Positions 24,480 through 36,689 of a stretch of 64,000 nt of DNA are shown piece after piece. The DNA lies in assembly GCA_012026655.1 (NCBI GenBank), contig JAAILG010001569.1, positions 1 through 64,000 on the forward strand. The letters are read 5' to 3'. Numbering within the stretch: the first letter of the stretch is position 1; the number at the start of each line of letters is the position of its first letter. The position numbers and the translations under genes were made by a program. The DNA is from Hydrolagus affinis (taxonomy: Eukaryota). The notes below the pieces were generated by a model. It worked only from the letters and a program-made list of their open reading frames with translations, was not told the DNA's origin and did not search any database.

Positions 24480-24745
24480 TCTATCCTCCCCCACTATTGT
24501 CTTCTATTGTATTGCACCTTCAACACCTCTGATCCCACCATCTTCTGTCCACCTATTTTTTGTTCATTTGTCTTTTTTCCCCCGTCACCTTCATTGCTTG
24601 TCCTTAGAATCTGCTCCATTTTAGTTCTAACAAAAGGGCATCGACCTGAAATGTTAACTCACTTTCCTCTCTCCTGATCTGCTGAGTGTTCCCAGTGACC
24701 TGGTTTATTTAATATTTCCAGCATCTGCAGTATTTTACCTTTTTG
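24480..24745 (+). mobile_element. Penelope-like terminal fragment
   Basis: CT-rich tract, then GTTCTAACAAAAGGGCATCGACCTGAAATGTTAACTC (decayed hammerhead position), CTGCTGAGTGTTCCCAG, CCAGCATCTGCAGTATT. Confidence 0.65.
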
Positions 24746-24904
24746 TTAATTGTTAGGATTCTCACTCCTGAGTCAGGAAGCAGTTGTAGAACTCCATGTG
24801 GGATTTTGAGGTCATAATCAAAGCTAACACTCCAATACAATGTTGGGATGCAGTGATGCTACATTTCATCATTAATGTGTAAGTACAAATATAATGGGGA
24901 AAAT

Positions 24905-25120
24905 GACACCTCCTCACCCCCCAGCCCCCCCCCCCCTCCCCAGCCTCCCCCACCCCCCCCCCCTCCACACACTCCCACCCCACCACCCAGCTCGGAGTCA
25001 GGCTAACACTGTTAAGCGATCTAAAACGTTATCCTTCATGGAGGGCGTGATAAATATGTGAGTTGATGGGACTTCCTCCTAATGTGAAAGGCACCATACA
25101 TACATAATTTTGTTGTTGTT
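24905..25120 (+). mobile_element. L2 3' end(s) with expanded poly-C tract
   Basis: C-runs, CCCAGCTCGG, CTCCTAATGTGAAAGGCAC, TTTTGTTGTTG. Confidence 0.7.
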
Positions 25121-25429
25121 TCACGGTGCTATAGAAATTTAGTTGCAAAACAAATATCAGATTTCAGCTTGAGCTCACTGGCCTCCGATGAACCCTCAAC
25201 AAGCATAGCACTTGCATTCGATGGCCCTCCATTTTTTTCAACACAAATATCAATTTTGACACACTATAACTCTAGAATGTTTCTTGCTCTGCATAGCGAT
25301 GGTAAAGGTTGATGCTTTGATTTGGCGTATTCATGTGGTGGAACACATCAAGCAAATCAATGTATGGTTTATACTACTTACAATGCTCCCTGTTCCAAGA
25401 CAACAGTATTTAATAATGAGAATTCATAA

Positions 25430-25735
25430 GTTAGAAAGACAAGAAGTGTTCCCTTTGTGAAGCATTCCAATACCAGATGACACCATGTTAAAATGAGAGC
25501 TAAGAAAGTTAAACGTAAAATTAGAAAATAGTTATCCACAGAATTGGATGTGCAATATATTCCTCTAGGGTCTATAGGTATAGATTTGATTGCAATTGTT
25601 TAAAGGGGATAGATCGATGCTTGGGAATTAAGAGTATTAAGGGATTTATTGTAAAGACAGAGAAATTGGATTAAAAGTCTGCCAAGATCTAATCAAATTA
25701 CATCATAGATTTGCTATGTTGATTGGCTTTCTCCG
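25430..25735 (+). mobile_element. CR1 3' end, degraded
   Basis: TGTTCCCTTTGTGA, TTTAAAGGGGATAGATCGATGCTTG, GTATTAAGGGAT. Confidence 0.5.
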
Positions 25736-25982
25736 GTATAATAATATTATATTGCAAACAAATGCACTTGTGCTGCCTTGAACGGTATATTTTGCTGGAG
25801 CATTGATAATCCCCCACTCATTACTTTCTGCACCTTCAGTCAGGTGGATCAATGCTGACTGCGTTATGGTGATTTAACACAAGCATAATTCTTGTATTCC
25901 CCTCTTGTTATTTAATCTGCACATTGCCACATTACCCCCTTGTAATATAAGCACGTATTGCTATTTATTTATAACCGAGTGT

Positions 25983-26615
25983 GGCATACTGTAGCTCAGT
26001 GATTAGAGCACTGCCTTGCAAGCAAGAGGCCTGGGTTCAATCCAGCCAGAGTGAAACCATGGACAAGTTTCATTTACTCCACATAACCAATAATAATCCC
26101 TCAAAAAAAAACAATAATAAATTGGTCATTTCAATCCACGACTGTTTGTGGGACACTGCTGTGTGAAATTCGCTGTCGTGTTTTACCCACAGAGAGAGTA
26201 GAACCTCAATAATCGAACATTCTGGAATTTGACAACTCCCTAAAACCAGCAAGATTTCAAAGTACATACAGTATTAGATTTTTTCCGATGTCCAGCAAAT
26301 CTCCCGAAGTTTGGTACAGCTCCTTGCAGTTTGCGGTGTGGCTGCTCTGTCAACTGGTGTTGTGAGTGGAGCTCGAGTATTTTTTGACTTCAGTGCTGTG
26401 TTTACAGCACATGTGGTGTATGGGATGGGGCTTGCCCAGTCGTTTCTAGGAAGGTTCTAAATACCAGCAAACTCACGTAAAAATCCTTGACATGAGTTGG
26501 CCCAACTGTGCCAGTTTATCGAGATTTTACTGTACACGGTCAATTCACTTTATCGTATATTCTGTGAAGCACTTTGAGATTTCTAGAATACGTTAATGCA
26601 AGGAATGTTATTACT
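25983..26615 (+). mobile_element. tRNA-derived SINE interrupted by a MITE
   Basis: CTGTAGCTCAGTGATTAGAGC A box, GGTTCAATCC B box; body resumes at GTCAATTCACTTTA (~26539). Confidence 0.88.
26196..26532. mobile_element. Tc1/pogo (Tigger-like) MITE, degraded
   Basis: Imperfect TIRs GAGTAGAACCTCAATAATC / GTTTATCGAGATTTTACTG followed by TA; interrupts the SINE. Confidence 0.65.
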
Positions 26616-26949
26616 GTATTAGTAGTTGTAGTATAATATCAATGTTTCAGTAAATTTTATCTATAGTTTAAATTTCTGTAATATGCTTACATGGCTATGA
26701 TTGTTTATTGTTATATCATGTTATCTTCCTGCAGAACAGTGTTCCTCTTTCACTTTGATGTTAATGAAATTAAACTTGCAACATATGATGACACAGATGA
26801 TAATTATCGCATTGCCAAAAATTGTAGTCAGCTGTTAAAGGTTATCCAAGGGTAAAATCCCCAGACATTGACTCAGTGATGGTCCCATGGCCAGCTTGAC
26901 GCTTTTGGTGGCTATCATTGGAGTTGAAGAACATACTACAGTATTTAGA

Positions 26950-27480
26950 ATTATAGAAACGTAGAATTTTAAACCACAGAAGGAGACCATTCAGCCCATG
27001 ATTCTTCTTGTCTCCCCTCTGTTTTTTTTTGCCAATTAAATCTGATTATCAACCCTGAAAAAAACATTTCTGCCTATCTACTCTATCAAAAATCCTCATA
27101 ATTTTGAACACCTTTATTAAATCTCACCTTAACCTTCTCTTCTCCAAGGAGAATAATCCCAGCCTCTCTAGTCTTTCCATATATTTGAAGTCGCTCACCC
27201 CTGGTACCATTCTTATAAATCGCTTCTGCACCCTCTCCGAAGACTTGGCATCCTTCTTAAACTGTTCAGAATTAGATAGAGTACTCCTAGTGTTCCTTAA
27301 CCAGTGATTTGTAAATGTTTATCATAATTTCTCTGCTTTTCTACTCTGTGCCTATTTATAAAGCCAAGGAACTAATATGACTTTTTTAATAGTTTTGTCA
27401 ACTTGTCCTGCCACATTTAGTGTATGTGACCCCAAAGGTTTCTCTGCACCTGCACTTGCTTTGAATATGTAACATTTATT
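26950..27480 (-). mobile_element. CR1 LINE 3' portion
   Basis: TAGAAT tail, ACAGAAGGAGACCATTCAGCCCATG, CTTCTGCACCCTCTCC (reverse of ERVQKR). Confidence 0.85.
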
Positions 27481-27489
27481 GTAAATAAA

Positions 27490-27965
27490 CTTAGCAGTCC
27501 ATCGGCAGATTTGGCTGGACATCACCAAACCTTATCACTCTGCCCTAGTCTCCACTAAATTGTCCTCCGACTCCAAGACAATATTGGATGCCAAGCACAA
27601 CATCAGGCTCCTCTTCCTCACCAACCAGCTCCTCTGTCCCCTCTCACCTCTGGACGAGAGGTGAGAGGGGACAGAGGAGCTGGTTGGTGAGGAAGAGGAG
27701 CAATTCCAACAGTGAGGAGATGACGGACTTCCTCAAAACCAAATTCAAGTGAATTCACTCAGCTGTCTCTGCTCTTCCATCTACCACGCCCTCCCCAACT
27801 TCTATTCACACCCTAACCCTTACCTATCCCTCCCTCCACAACATAAAATCTGTTTCCCCCTCCCCTCTCATCACCACCATGACACACATGAAACCAACCA
27901 CCTGCTCCCTTGACCCCCATCCCTACTGTCTCGTTACTTACAGCTTCACCTCCTTGCCTGACATC
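27490..27965 (+). mobile_element. L2 ORF2 internal fragment
   Basis: Homologous to 2960-3230; CCACCTGCTCCCTTGACCCCATCCCTAC (TCSLDPIP motif). Confidence 0.8.
27607..27701. repeat. Perfect 45-bp inverted repeat with 5-nt loop
   Basis: GCTCCTCTTCCTCACCAACCAGCTCCTCTGTCCCCTCTCACCTCT-GGACG-exact reverse complement. Confidence 0.97.
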
Positions 27966-28239
27966 AAAAATTGTGACCAGGGACCAATCTGTCTGTGACC
28001 TCCTATAGTCTGCTGCCATTTTCCTCACTGTTACCATGTTTCCAGGTTTCCACCATCTGCAAACTTAACATTTTTATCAAAATCCAGATCATTAATATAT
28101 ATTAAAATAATAATATTTAATAACCAAAATAACAATCCTTGTTTTTGATATAGTGCCTTATTGCACCATTGAGATGTTTCAAAGCACTTCAAAAAATATA
28201 CTGTCACGTGCAGTATCTGTGTACTTTTGAGGGATATCC

Positions 28240-28430
28240 TGTCTTAGTTGATGTCACTATCACACCTGAGTAAAAAAGTTGTGGAGGAACTTGAGCTCAA
28301 ATCATAGATACTGAGAGATGCTATCTTTCAGATGAAATAATAAACTAAGGATATATCTGCCCATTTGGGTAAACGATAAAGTTCCCACAGCACCATTCGG
28401 AAAGAAAAGGGAGTTTTTCCCAGTGTTCTG
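28240..28430 (+). mobile_element. Older DeuSINE fragment
   Basis: ATCTTTCAGATGAAATAATAAAC..AAAGTTCCCACAGCACCATTC. Confidence 0.6.
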
Positions 28431-28819
28431 ACTGCAAAAAAAGGGAACATTAGACCCACAATTTGCCTGACCATTTTTCCACGTAACATTGTCCGACTGT
28501 TAAGATTGTTTATTATTCTTATGATGTTTCTTCATCTCTGGACATTGAAATCTAAGTCTACTGTCTTAATCACAGATAAACTAAAACTTCAAACACTGAA
28601 AAAAGAGTGCATGGTAAAACACCTGCCCATACAATGAAAATGGGGACCACTGCAACTGGCATGATCTGAAGCTCTGTGCCCAAGTGATGCTGTACTCAAT
28701 CTGATGTGGTAGCACAATATTTGTGGTGTAAATTGTTTATTTCCTTATTTAATCTAAAGTTAGTGAACTCCATCAGCCTGTTCCTTTTACAGACCATAAA
28801 GGTAAGAGTTTCATAACTT

Positions 28820-29375
28820 GTGTCAGCATGGTTCAGATGATGGTACGTTTGCATACGAGTCAGACAGTTGTGACTTGGAACTCATATAGTCCACATTTAC
28901 ACACCAATGCAGTGCTGGAGGAGATGGGGTGGGGATGGCATTGTTGGAGGTGAGGTACTTCAATAGCGATGTTAGATGAAGACCCTACTCCCTGGTGCAA
29001 ATTAGACAATGGACGTTGAATTTACATAGACTAGGCGGAAAGTCCTATACAGTTCTGCAAGGGAGCGATTGAGAGGGGCAGTGATGTACAGTATTTTGGG
29101 AGTTGCCATCTTTCAGATTAAATGTCTGCTTGTTCGGGTGAACATTTAAGATCCAATGGCACTATTCAAAAGAAGGCAGCCTCTCTTCATGTCCTGGTTA
29201 ACAATCTTCCCAAAACAATTGATCATTAATTTCATGGATGTTTGTTGGATATTGCTTTGTACAAATTGGCTGCCAAATTCACTGATTAAATACACAATCA
29301 CTAGATTTAACACTAGATCCTGAGAAGTGTTATGAGACACCCTCCTGAAACAGGAAGTGCAATATCAAATGTACA
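28820..29375 (+). mobile_element. Older DeuSINE fragments
   Basis: GGTTCAGATGATGGTAC..GAGTCAGACAGTTGTG head; TAAGATCCAATGGCACTATTCAAAAGAAG; AAATTGGCTGCC. Confidence 0.65.
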
Positions 29376-29458
29376 TATTACTATCAATTTATATGTGTTC
29401 CATAATTGCACACATATTTGACATTCACAGAACTACCAGTCTTTTCTTATAGAAAATG

Positions 29459-30311
29459 TTAATAATCCTTGCATTCGATATAGCGCTTTTCACATCTTCT
29501 ACAACAATTAAATTACATTGGTATAGTGCCTTTCACATTGGGAGGATGTCCCTAGGCGCTGGTCAGTCAGTGTTTTGGACCTGAGCTGGGGTTGGGATCG
29601 GGAGGGTGGAGGGAAGTGTGGAAGAGGGTTGACCGATGGCACGGTCAAAGAGGAGGGTCTTGAGGTGGGACTTGAAGGAGGCAATGGAGGGACCAAAGTG
29701 GAGGGATTGTGGGATCAAATTCCAAAAGTTGGGAGTAGAGTGTCTGAAGGCCCACCTGCCGATGGTGGGGTTGGTAGATTGGGGAATGTGGAGCAGGCCA
29801 GAGCCCACTGACCAGAGGGAACAGACAAGTGACAACAACAACAACCACAAAAGTACACTTGTATAGCGCCTTTCACATCAGGAGGATTCCCAAAGCGTTG
29901 AAGTTAGTTGGGGGTTAGGAGGTCAGGGGGTAGGGAGGGCAAGGCAATGAAAGGCTTTGAAGTTGAGAACCAGGGTTTTGTATTGAATCCTCTGTCTGAT
30001 GGGAAGCTAGTGGAGTTGGGTAAGAATAGGATCATATGTTCTAGATGTCCCAAGGTGCTTCATAGAGTATGTATATTGAAAAGTGAATTGACTGCATATT
30101 TGTTGGCAACACAAGGCAGGCAATTGTGCACAGCAGTGTCCCACAAACAGTCATGGATTGAAGTGACTAATTTTTCATTATTATTTTTTCTTGAGGGATT
30201 ATTATCAGGCTTCTGAAGTAAGGAAACTTGCTCAAGGTTTTGCCCTGCTGGGAATAAAATCCAGGTCTCATTTGTGAGCCAAATGCTGTAACTGCTGAAC
30301 TACAGGACTCC
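29459..30311 (-). mobile_element. SINE containing two nested L2 3' fragments
   Basis: SINE tail 29459-29501; L2 29502-30038 itself split by a short L2 end ~29830-29905; SINE resumes at 30039; TTCTA on both sides. Confidence 0.85.
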
Positions 30312-31254
30312 TAGATCCATTAACTAGATGGCATATAACTAAATATATTGATGTACAGGCTAAGTGTAGAGTGCTGGGATTTAGGCGAGTACTCCATATG
30401 CCTGTTTCTCAAACTCAGCCAAGCTGACAAGGGAATGCTGAGCAGATACAAGGCACTTACCCAGGAAGAGACAGAACATCGTACAGATTATCTCTCAGGT
30501 CTCTTGGTAACTAGTATCAGAGATGTGCAGTTGCAAGAAATGCCAAAAGTTGTCCAATTGCCCTGTTGGCTAGCGTGAGTGTGTGTTGTAATACAGAAGC
30601 TATCCTACAGTCAGAAAGAGCCTCAAATTAAAAAAACACAGAAAAAGACATTATGAATTACTTGTGGTTCATAGTTTTTCTATTTTTGTAGAAGTAAGGA
30701 AAATTTCAACTGAAAATTGCACCTAATTGTTTGCTTTTAAATGATCTTTGTTGCAGAATGGTTCATCTTTCTCAGGTAAAGTATGTTTCAATGTTCCAAT
30801 TTGTGCCTGTTCTATTTGTGCCAATTAAACCAAGCAGCCACTGGTTGACCGACTCCGTACATTAACAGCACTTTTTCTGACATTGGTCTTCAACAACAAA
30901 AAATATAGTTTGGAAATACTGTAAATCTGAAATAGATGAATATGTTGCAGTAGGTTTGGGATTAGACAGCATGGTTAAAGACAGCTTATTGAGGATGCAA
31001 TGAAGTCAAAAGTGGGACATTGAATTCTTCCAGCAACTGAGTTTATGCCATACTTTTGTACAGCAGGCATCCTGTTCCAATGGATCCTGGGGAACTTACA
31101 CTGTGTAAAGCAGTTCAACTGAGTCTACTTGAAATGTGTAAATTCCACAAAAATACACAACGTTTACAAATCCATCACAAACACTATAATAATTCCTGTT
31201 CCAAAAGCCTCATTAGTGACACGATTGTGACATGAATCAACAGAATAAAGTTGG

Positions 31255-31550
31255 ATCATCCATCGTTGTGGATGGACATTAAACCAAGGTCCCATCTGTA
31301 TCTGTTCAGATGGACATTAAAGATCCCATGGCACTATTGGAAAGGAGAAGCAACTTTGTCCAGGTGTGCTGGCCAACAATCCCCCAAATAAACTTGGTCA
31401 TTCTCCTCATGACTGTTTGTGAGATATTGCTGTGTGCAATTGTGGTGCCGTAGTTTCCCACAAAGTATAGTAACTCCATTTCATAGTAAATTCAGTGAGC
31501 TCAGTGGATGCTAACAGCGCTATACCAACTTCAAGAATTATTATTATTAG
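31255..31550 (+). mobile_element. Older DeuSINE 3' part
   Basis: ATTAAACCAAGGTCCCATCTG..TAAAGATCCCATGGCACTATT..GGTGTGCTGGCCAAC. Confidence 0.8.
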
Positions 31551-31654
31551 TGATTGGTGTTCAGACATAATAAAGTACATCACATATATAAAGTACACAA
31601 TGGACTATAAAGTACTGTATACAAATTAAACCCTAAGCATATTGACTACTGTAC

Positions 31655-31850
31655 ATTGGATGATTGAATGGCAGAGTTACAATGATGCCCTTTCATCTTT
31701 GGGTTTAAATTTTAGTCTGATCAATTGGCTGAAAGTTAAATTTTTCTGGAAGCTTGAGGAGTCCTGTATCAAATATTTGTCAGCATTTTCAACCTAGTTC
31801 CTAGTGGTCACAAATTCTCAGCACATAATTCTGGTTCAACTCAGACAAGC
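31655..31850 (+). mobile_element. LF-SINE-like relic
   Basis: TGGATGATTGAATGG..GCCCTTTCATCT..CTGAAAGT..TCAACCTAGTTCCTAGTGG..CAGCACATAA resembles the 5' half of the LF-SINE consensus as I recall it. Confidence 0.5.
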
Positions 31851-32089
31851 TCTAATGGAAATGGCACACTGGTCCAGTAGGATTGTGTTTAAGACCTATC
31901 GGGAGTTAAATGACTGACACTGCTGGTAGTCGTTCATCGCGTAGTAATAAAAGCATACTTCCGAGATTAATAAATTTACAGACCAGTACAATTTCACCAC
32001 AGGTGTGAGAATCATTGAAAAATACAGAATACTCCATCAAGGCAAAATGAAGGGATGGGGAGTAATAGGGCTGGGTGAGGGATGGTATA

Positions 32090-32335
32090 ATGGGATCACA
32101 GAGACTGTGTGGGAGAAGACAAGAGCTGCAAAATCCCTCCTGTTTTCAAATAGTGCCATGTGAACTTTAACATCCATCTCAACATTCTGTTAGGATGTTG
32201 GATTAATTTCTCTTTTGCAGGATGGCCTCTGCAACAATGCAAAGCATTCCAGCATTGTTCTGAAGTATCAACTGAGACTAGTTGTCGTGGTGCTTGAAGT
32301 CTCAACCTTCTGATTTAGAGGCAAGAAGGATTATA
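32090..32335 (-). mobile_element. Older DeuSINE 5' part
   Basis: AAATAGTGCCATGTGAACTTTAACATCCA..AACCTTCTGATTTAGAGGCAAGA; appears to continue at ~33075 (GCTCAGCCAAGCTAACAC) after the CR1 insert. Confidence 0.7.
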
Positions 32336-32341
32336 GCATCA

Positions 32342-33070
32342 TTCTCCTTGGAGCAGAGAAGGTTAAGAGGAGACTTAATTGAAGTTTTCAAAATGATCAA
32401 GGGATTCAATAGGATAAACAAGGAGAAACCATTTCCACTGGCGAGTGAGTCGGAAACCTGAGGACACCGTTTTAAAATAGTTGTTAAACGAAACAGAGGG
32501 GAGGTGAGAAGAAATCTTTTCACGCAGAGAGTTGTTTGGGTCTGGAATGCATTGCCTGAATGGGTGGAAGCCAATTCTGTAACAACTTAATTAATATAAT
32601 AATCATTGAATTTGATATAGTGCTTTTCACATCTTCTAAACATCTCAAAGTGCTTCACAGAATATGCTGTAAAGTGAACTGACTGTATATGTGTAGGCGA
32701 AAGCAGCGGCCAATTGCGCACAGGAGTGTCCCACAAACAGTCGTCGATTGAAATGACCAATTTTAGTATTGTGTTTTTTTGGAGGGTTTATCATAAGCGT
32801 ATGGCGCAAGGAAACTTGCCCATGGTTTTGCCCTGACCTGCTTGGATTTGAACACAGGTCTCACACTTGTAAGGTGAGTGCTCCAACCATTGAGCTACAG
32901 GACTCCACAGAAAGAAGTAGATAATTATTTGCGGAGGACATGTTTGCTGGGCTATGGGGAGAAAGCTGGGGAGTGGGATTGATTTTGACAGCTCTTTTCA
33001 AAGAGCCAGCACAGACACGATGGGCCAAATGGCCTCCTTCTGTGCTGTATGATTATATGATTCTATGAAT
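32342..33070 (+). mobile_element. CR1 3' end with nested SINE
   Basis: FSLEQRRLRGDLIEVFKMIKG..; GCCAGCACAGACACGATGGGCCAAATGGCCTCCTTCTGTG; ATTCTATG tail. Confidence 0.9.
32595..32906 (-). mobile_element. tRNA-derived SINE, full length
   Basis: TGAGCTACAGGACTCC head; typical body and tail. Confidence 0.92.
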
Positions 33071-33889
33071 GTTATCCGCTCAGCCAAGCTAACACCTCCT
33101 ATTCTGCTCCCCTATCCCCACTTTTTCCTTTCATATCATTCCCATTAAAGTGCAAATCCAACAGAATAGGGAGTCAGCCAACAGAATAGGGAGCCATTGT
33201 TACTCTCACACTATTCTTAGCTACCAGTCACAGAGTGAAATTAACAATGTTCTGGAGTGGATCGTCTGTATGCTTTTCAATCGGATAAAAGAGAAAACAT
33301 AATTTGTAAAAACAATATACAGTATTCAGATTAAGTAAGTTTCAGAAGTACTGGATCTGATTATTATTATTACTGCAACTTGTTAGAATCAAATTATTTT
33401 ATAAATAATGCATTGCTTTATGTAAACTATCATGAAAGATACAGTCATTGAGGTTGAAAGAGTGCTTGTCTGAAAAGAATTAGTTGCAATACTGGTGGTG
33501 CCTTGCCACTAGAAATAAAAACACTTTGCGACATTAACTGCATTTCCAAGAGGGAGCTTCATATACTTCGAGTTGACTCAAATGTCCTAGACTTCAAACC
33601 AATATCACCTCAAAATCTTGTGGATCAACATAATTTTTTAAAAATGTCCTATTGCAAGTATAAGATGTTTTTACCAGTGGCTGATAGCTAACAGAGGAGC
33701 ATTTTCAATCCTCATGTTATACAGCACAGTCTTGGCTGATGCTCCAGTGAAGTGTGGGAGATCATTCTATTGTTAGAGGTGGCAACCTTAAGTGTTGCAA
33801 AATGCTATCCCATGTGAAGGCCGTTATAAATGTAAGTTGTTGTTAAAATGCTTCATTGAATCAGATCCTCTCTGCTTGTTCATGTAGAT

Positions 33890-35430
33890 ATCAACAACAA
33901 CAGCAACAAATTATATTTGTATAGCACTTTTCACATCAGGAGGATATCCCAAATTGCTGGACAATCACTTTTTCAGACCTGAGCTGGGGGTTGGGATTAG
34001 GGAAATTGGAGGGAAATGTGGTGGGTGGGGTGGGGGGGGGGGGAAGGGGGCATAAAGAAGGTGATTGAAATAGGTCTTGAAGGAGGCTAGGGAGGGGTGA
34101 GGCAGAGAGACTCTAGGATGGAGATTCAGAGGGTGTAGATAGAGTGGCTGAAGGCCCGCCCGTTAATGTTGGGGTGGGCAGGCGGGGATTGTGAAGCAAG
34201 CCAGAGCCGGCTCAGTAGAGAGAGCGGGCAGGTTGGTAGGGGTTGAGGAAGTTGCAAGGGGAAGCAAGGGCATGGAGGGCTTTGAAGGTGAAGATCAGAA
34301 GCTTGAACTATATCCTCTGTGAGATAGAAAGCCAATGGAGTCGGGCAAGGAGGTGATAGGATCATGGAGCTTGGTGTGGAAGAGGACATGGGATACAGAG
34401 TTCTGGAAGATCTGCAGCCTGTTTAGTGAAAAGTTGGGGAGGCCAACAATCTGGGAGTTTGCAGAGGTCCAGCTTGGAAGTTCTGAATGTGGAATGAGGG
34501 TCTCAGCGGCCTATGGTGTGGGATAGTGGCAGAACAGCATGATGTTGTGGAGATGAGGTAAGGCAGAATGGGTCATGGCACGGATATGGGGCAGAAAGGA
34601 TAGTTGAGGGTCAAACAAAATGCAAATGTGAGGTGGAATGTGCATCTTTGGATGGTGATGCTGTCAGTGCCTGAGTTATGAAGGGGCCAATCAGGAGTGG
34701 TTTGGTCTTGTTGATATTCAACTGTGGAAAAGTTGATCTCACCCAGGCCTCGATGTCTGACAGACATTCTGTCAGGACAGTAGTGCTCCTGGAGATAAAG
34801 ATGGAGGCAGAGAGATAGAGTTGGGAGTCTTCAGAATATACTTGGAAGTTGACCGCATGTCTGTAGATTATGTCATCAAGAGGGAGCAGATTGATTTTGA
34901 AGAGGAGGGGACCAAGGATAGAGTCCTGAGGAATGCTATTCAAGACAGTGTGAGGGCTGGAGGAGAAACCGTTTGTGTAGATGAAGTGGAGACAGTGTGA
35001 GACGTAGGACCTGAACAATTCAAGGATAGAACCATGAAGGTTGAGGAGAGAGGAGAGGCAGTGGAGGAGCATAGAGTAGTTAACGATATTAAACAAAGCA
35101 GAGAAGTCAATGTGGATGAGGAGGCAGAGGGAGCCCTTGTCACAGGTGGAAAGCAAAACTGTTTCTGTGCTGTTATTGGCATGGAAACCTGATTGGAAGG
35201 ATTTGTGAAGGTAATGGAAGAAGAGGATGGATTGAATATGCGAACCAACAACTCGATACAGTACATTAGGAATGAATGGGAGGTTGGAAATGGGATGGTA
35301 GTTTGAGAGCAGGGCTAGTTTAAGGGAGTGTTTTTTTTAAATGTTGAGAATGATGACAGCTCTTTTTAAAGGAGTGGGAACTTTGCCAGTGGACAGGGAG
35401 AAATTTATGACGTCTGTGAATCGGGGGAGG
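33890..35430 (-). mobile_element. L2 LINE, ~1.5 kb RT-to-3'-end fragment (pseudogenised RT)
   Basis: ORF 34611-35156: LLIHIDFSALFNIVNY, SIPQDSILGPLLF, YSEDSQLY (decayed LDLSAAFD, GVPQGS and YADD motifs); (CAA)n tail at 33892. Confidence 0.92.
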
Positions 35431-36470
35431 AAGTCAGCATGGCATGGTTAGCCCACTGGCGTGGATCACCATGGGGAGAGGGAGATTATGCTATAGTCCC
35501 AGTGAGAATCTAAGAGCAGAAATTCAAAATGGCGTCCGGCTGTGATGCTATGAGCTCAGATTTTGACCAAAAGAGTCAGAGATGGCACAATAGCACTTTT
35601 GGCCAGCCGATCCCCAAGTTGGCTCCATATGGCACCCTTTAGCCTCAGTATCTGTGTTGGATCTGGTCATCACTGGGGGCATTGGATCCCATTCCTGTGT
35701 TGCCATTGAGCCCCACTTAGGGTTAGCCTCACTTCAGGCCTTGCTCACATGTAAGGCAAGGGACACACTACAGGCAGCCTCTAGCATAAGAACTCCAGCA
35801 TTCCCTGTTTCTCTGTGATCAAACTCTGAGTGATTTTTAATTAAAACTATCCTGATTACCATTCAACTTTCCCAGCAAATCCCAGCTTCACAACTTTGCA
35901 CTTTTAATGGTTGTTTTGCCACATAATTTCTCCTTCTCAGATATTGAAGCCCATATTATAATATCTGCTAGGTCTCAAGTCATTGATCTCAAGAAATCAA
36001 CATCTACAGTGATCTTAAATCACTGAATTGCAATTGAATTGCCAGACATCCTATTTGAAATGTAGCACTGAATTGAGAATTTGTGCTTCATCTTCCAATG
36101 GGAGACCCCAGGATATCAATGGATGTCGTATCTTATTATATTACTGCTGTGTATTGTATAAGTGAGCACATAGGTTATCTAGCAAACATAACTCATAACT
36201 GCAGTGACTTTTTTCCACAAGAAAATCTGCTGGTTATACTTTCCTGTCTATTACATTATATGAAATTTAATTACTGAAAAGCATAATTATTTGATCCGCA
36301 GGGCAGCCTCAGAACTGTTAGGGCTTTAATCACTGATGCTGCCAAAGTGAGAACAATATTCCTTAAGCAATTGCTTTTGCTGCTGCTGAAAGTTGACATT
36401 ACAGGCTAACACCAGGGAAATGCAAATGTACCAGAAATGGGGGATAAGGAAGTATTTTCCTAAAGAGGTA

Positions 36471-36689
36471 CAGTAAAAGCCTGTTTATCCGGCACCCTCA
36501 GGATCTGGCCAATGCCAGTTAAAGCGCATGCCAGATATTTGGCCGAAAACACCAAACAAAATTTTTTAAAATAATAATAACACATTGTGCCGGATACATT
36601 CTGGTTAATCGAACGTGGACTTTTTCTTTGAGGTGCCGGTTTTATGGAAGTTATGGTTGATCGGGTCATGGATAAACAGGCTTTTACTG
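36471..36689. mobile_element. Tc1/pogo (Tigger-like) MITE, 219 bp
   Basis: Perfect 20-bp TIRs CAGTAAAAGCCTGTTTATCC / GGATAAACAGGCTTTTACTG; TA TSD at 36469-36470 and 36690-36691. Confidence 0.93.

Noticed and set aside
33158-33193. Short tandem duplications (also ~31570, 44134, 56760, 59043, 62699, 63824)
   Set aside because: Ordinary slippage or repair duplications with no further structure.
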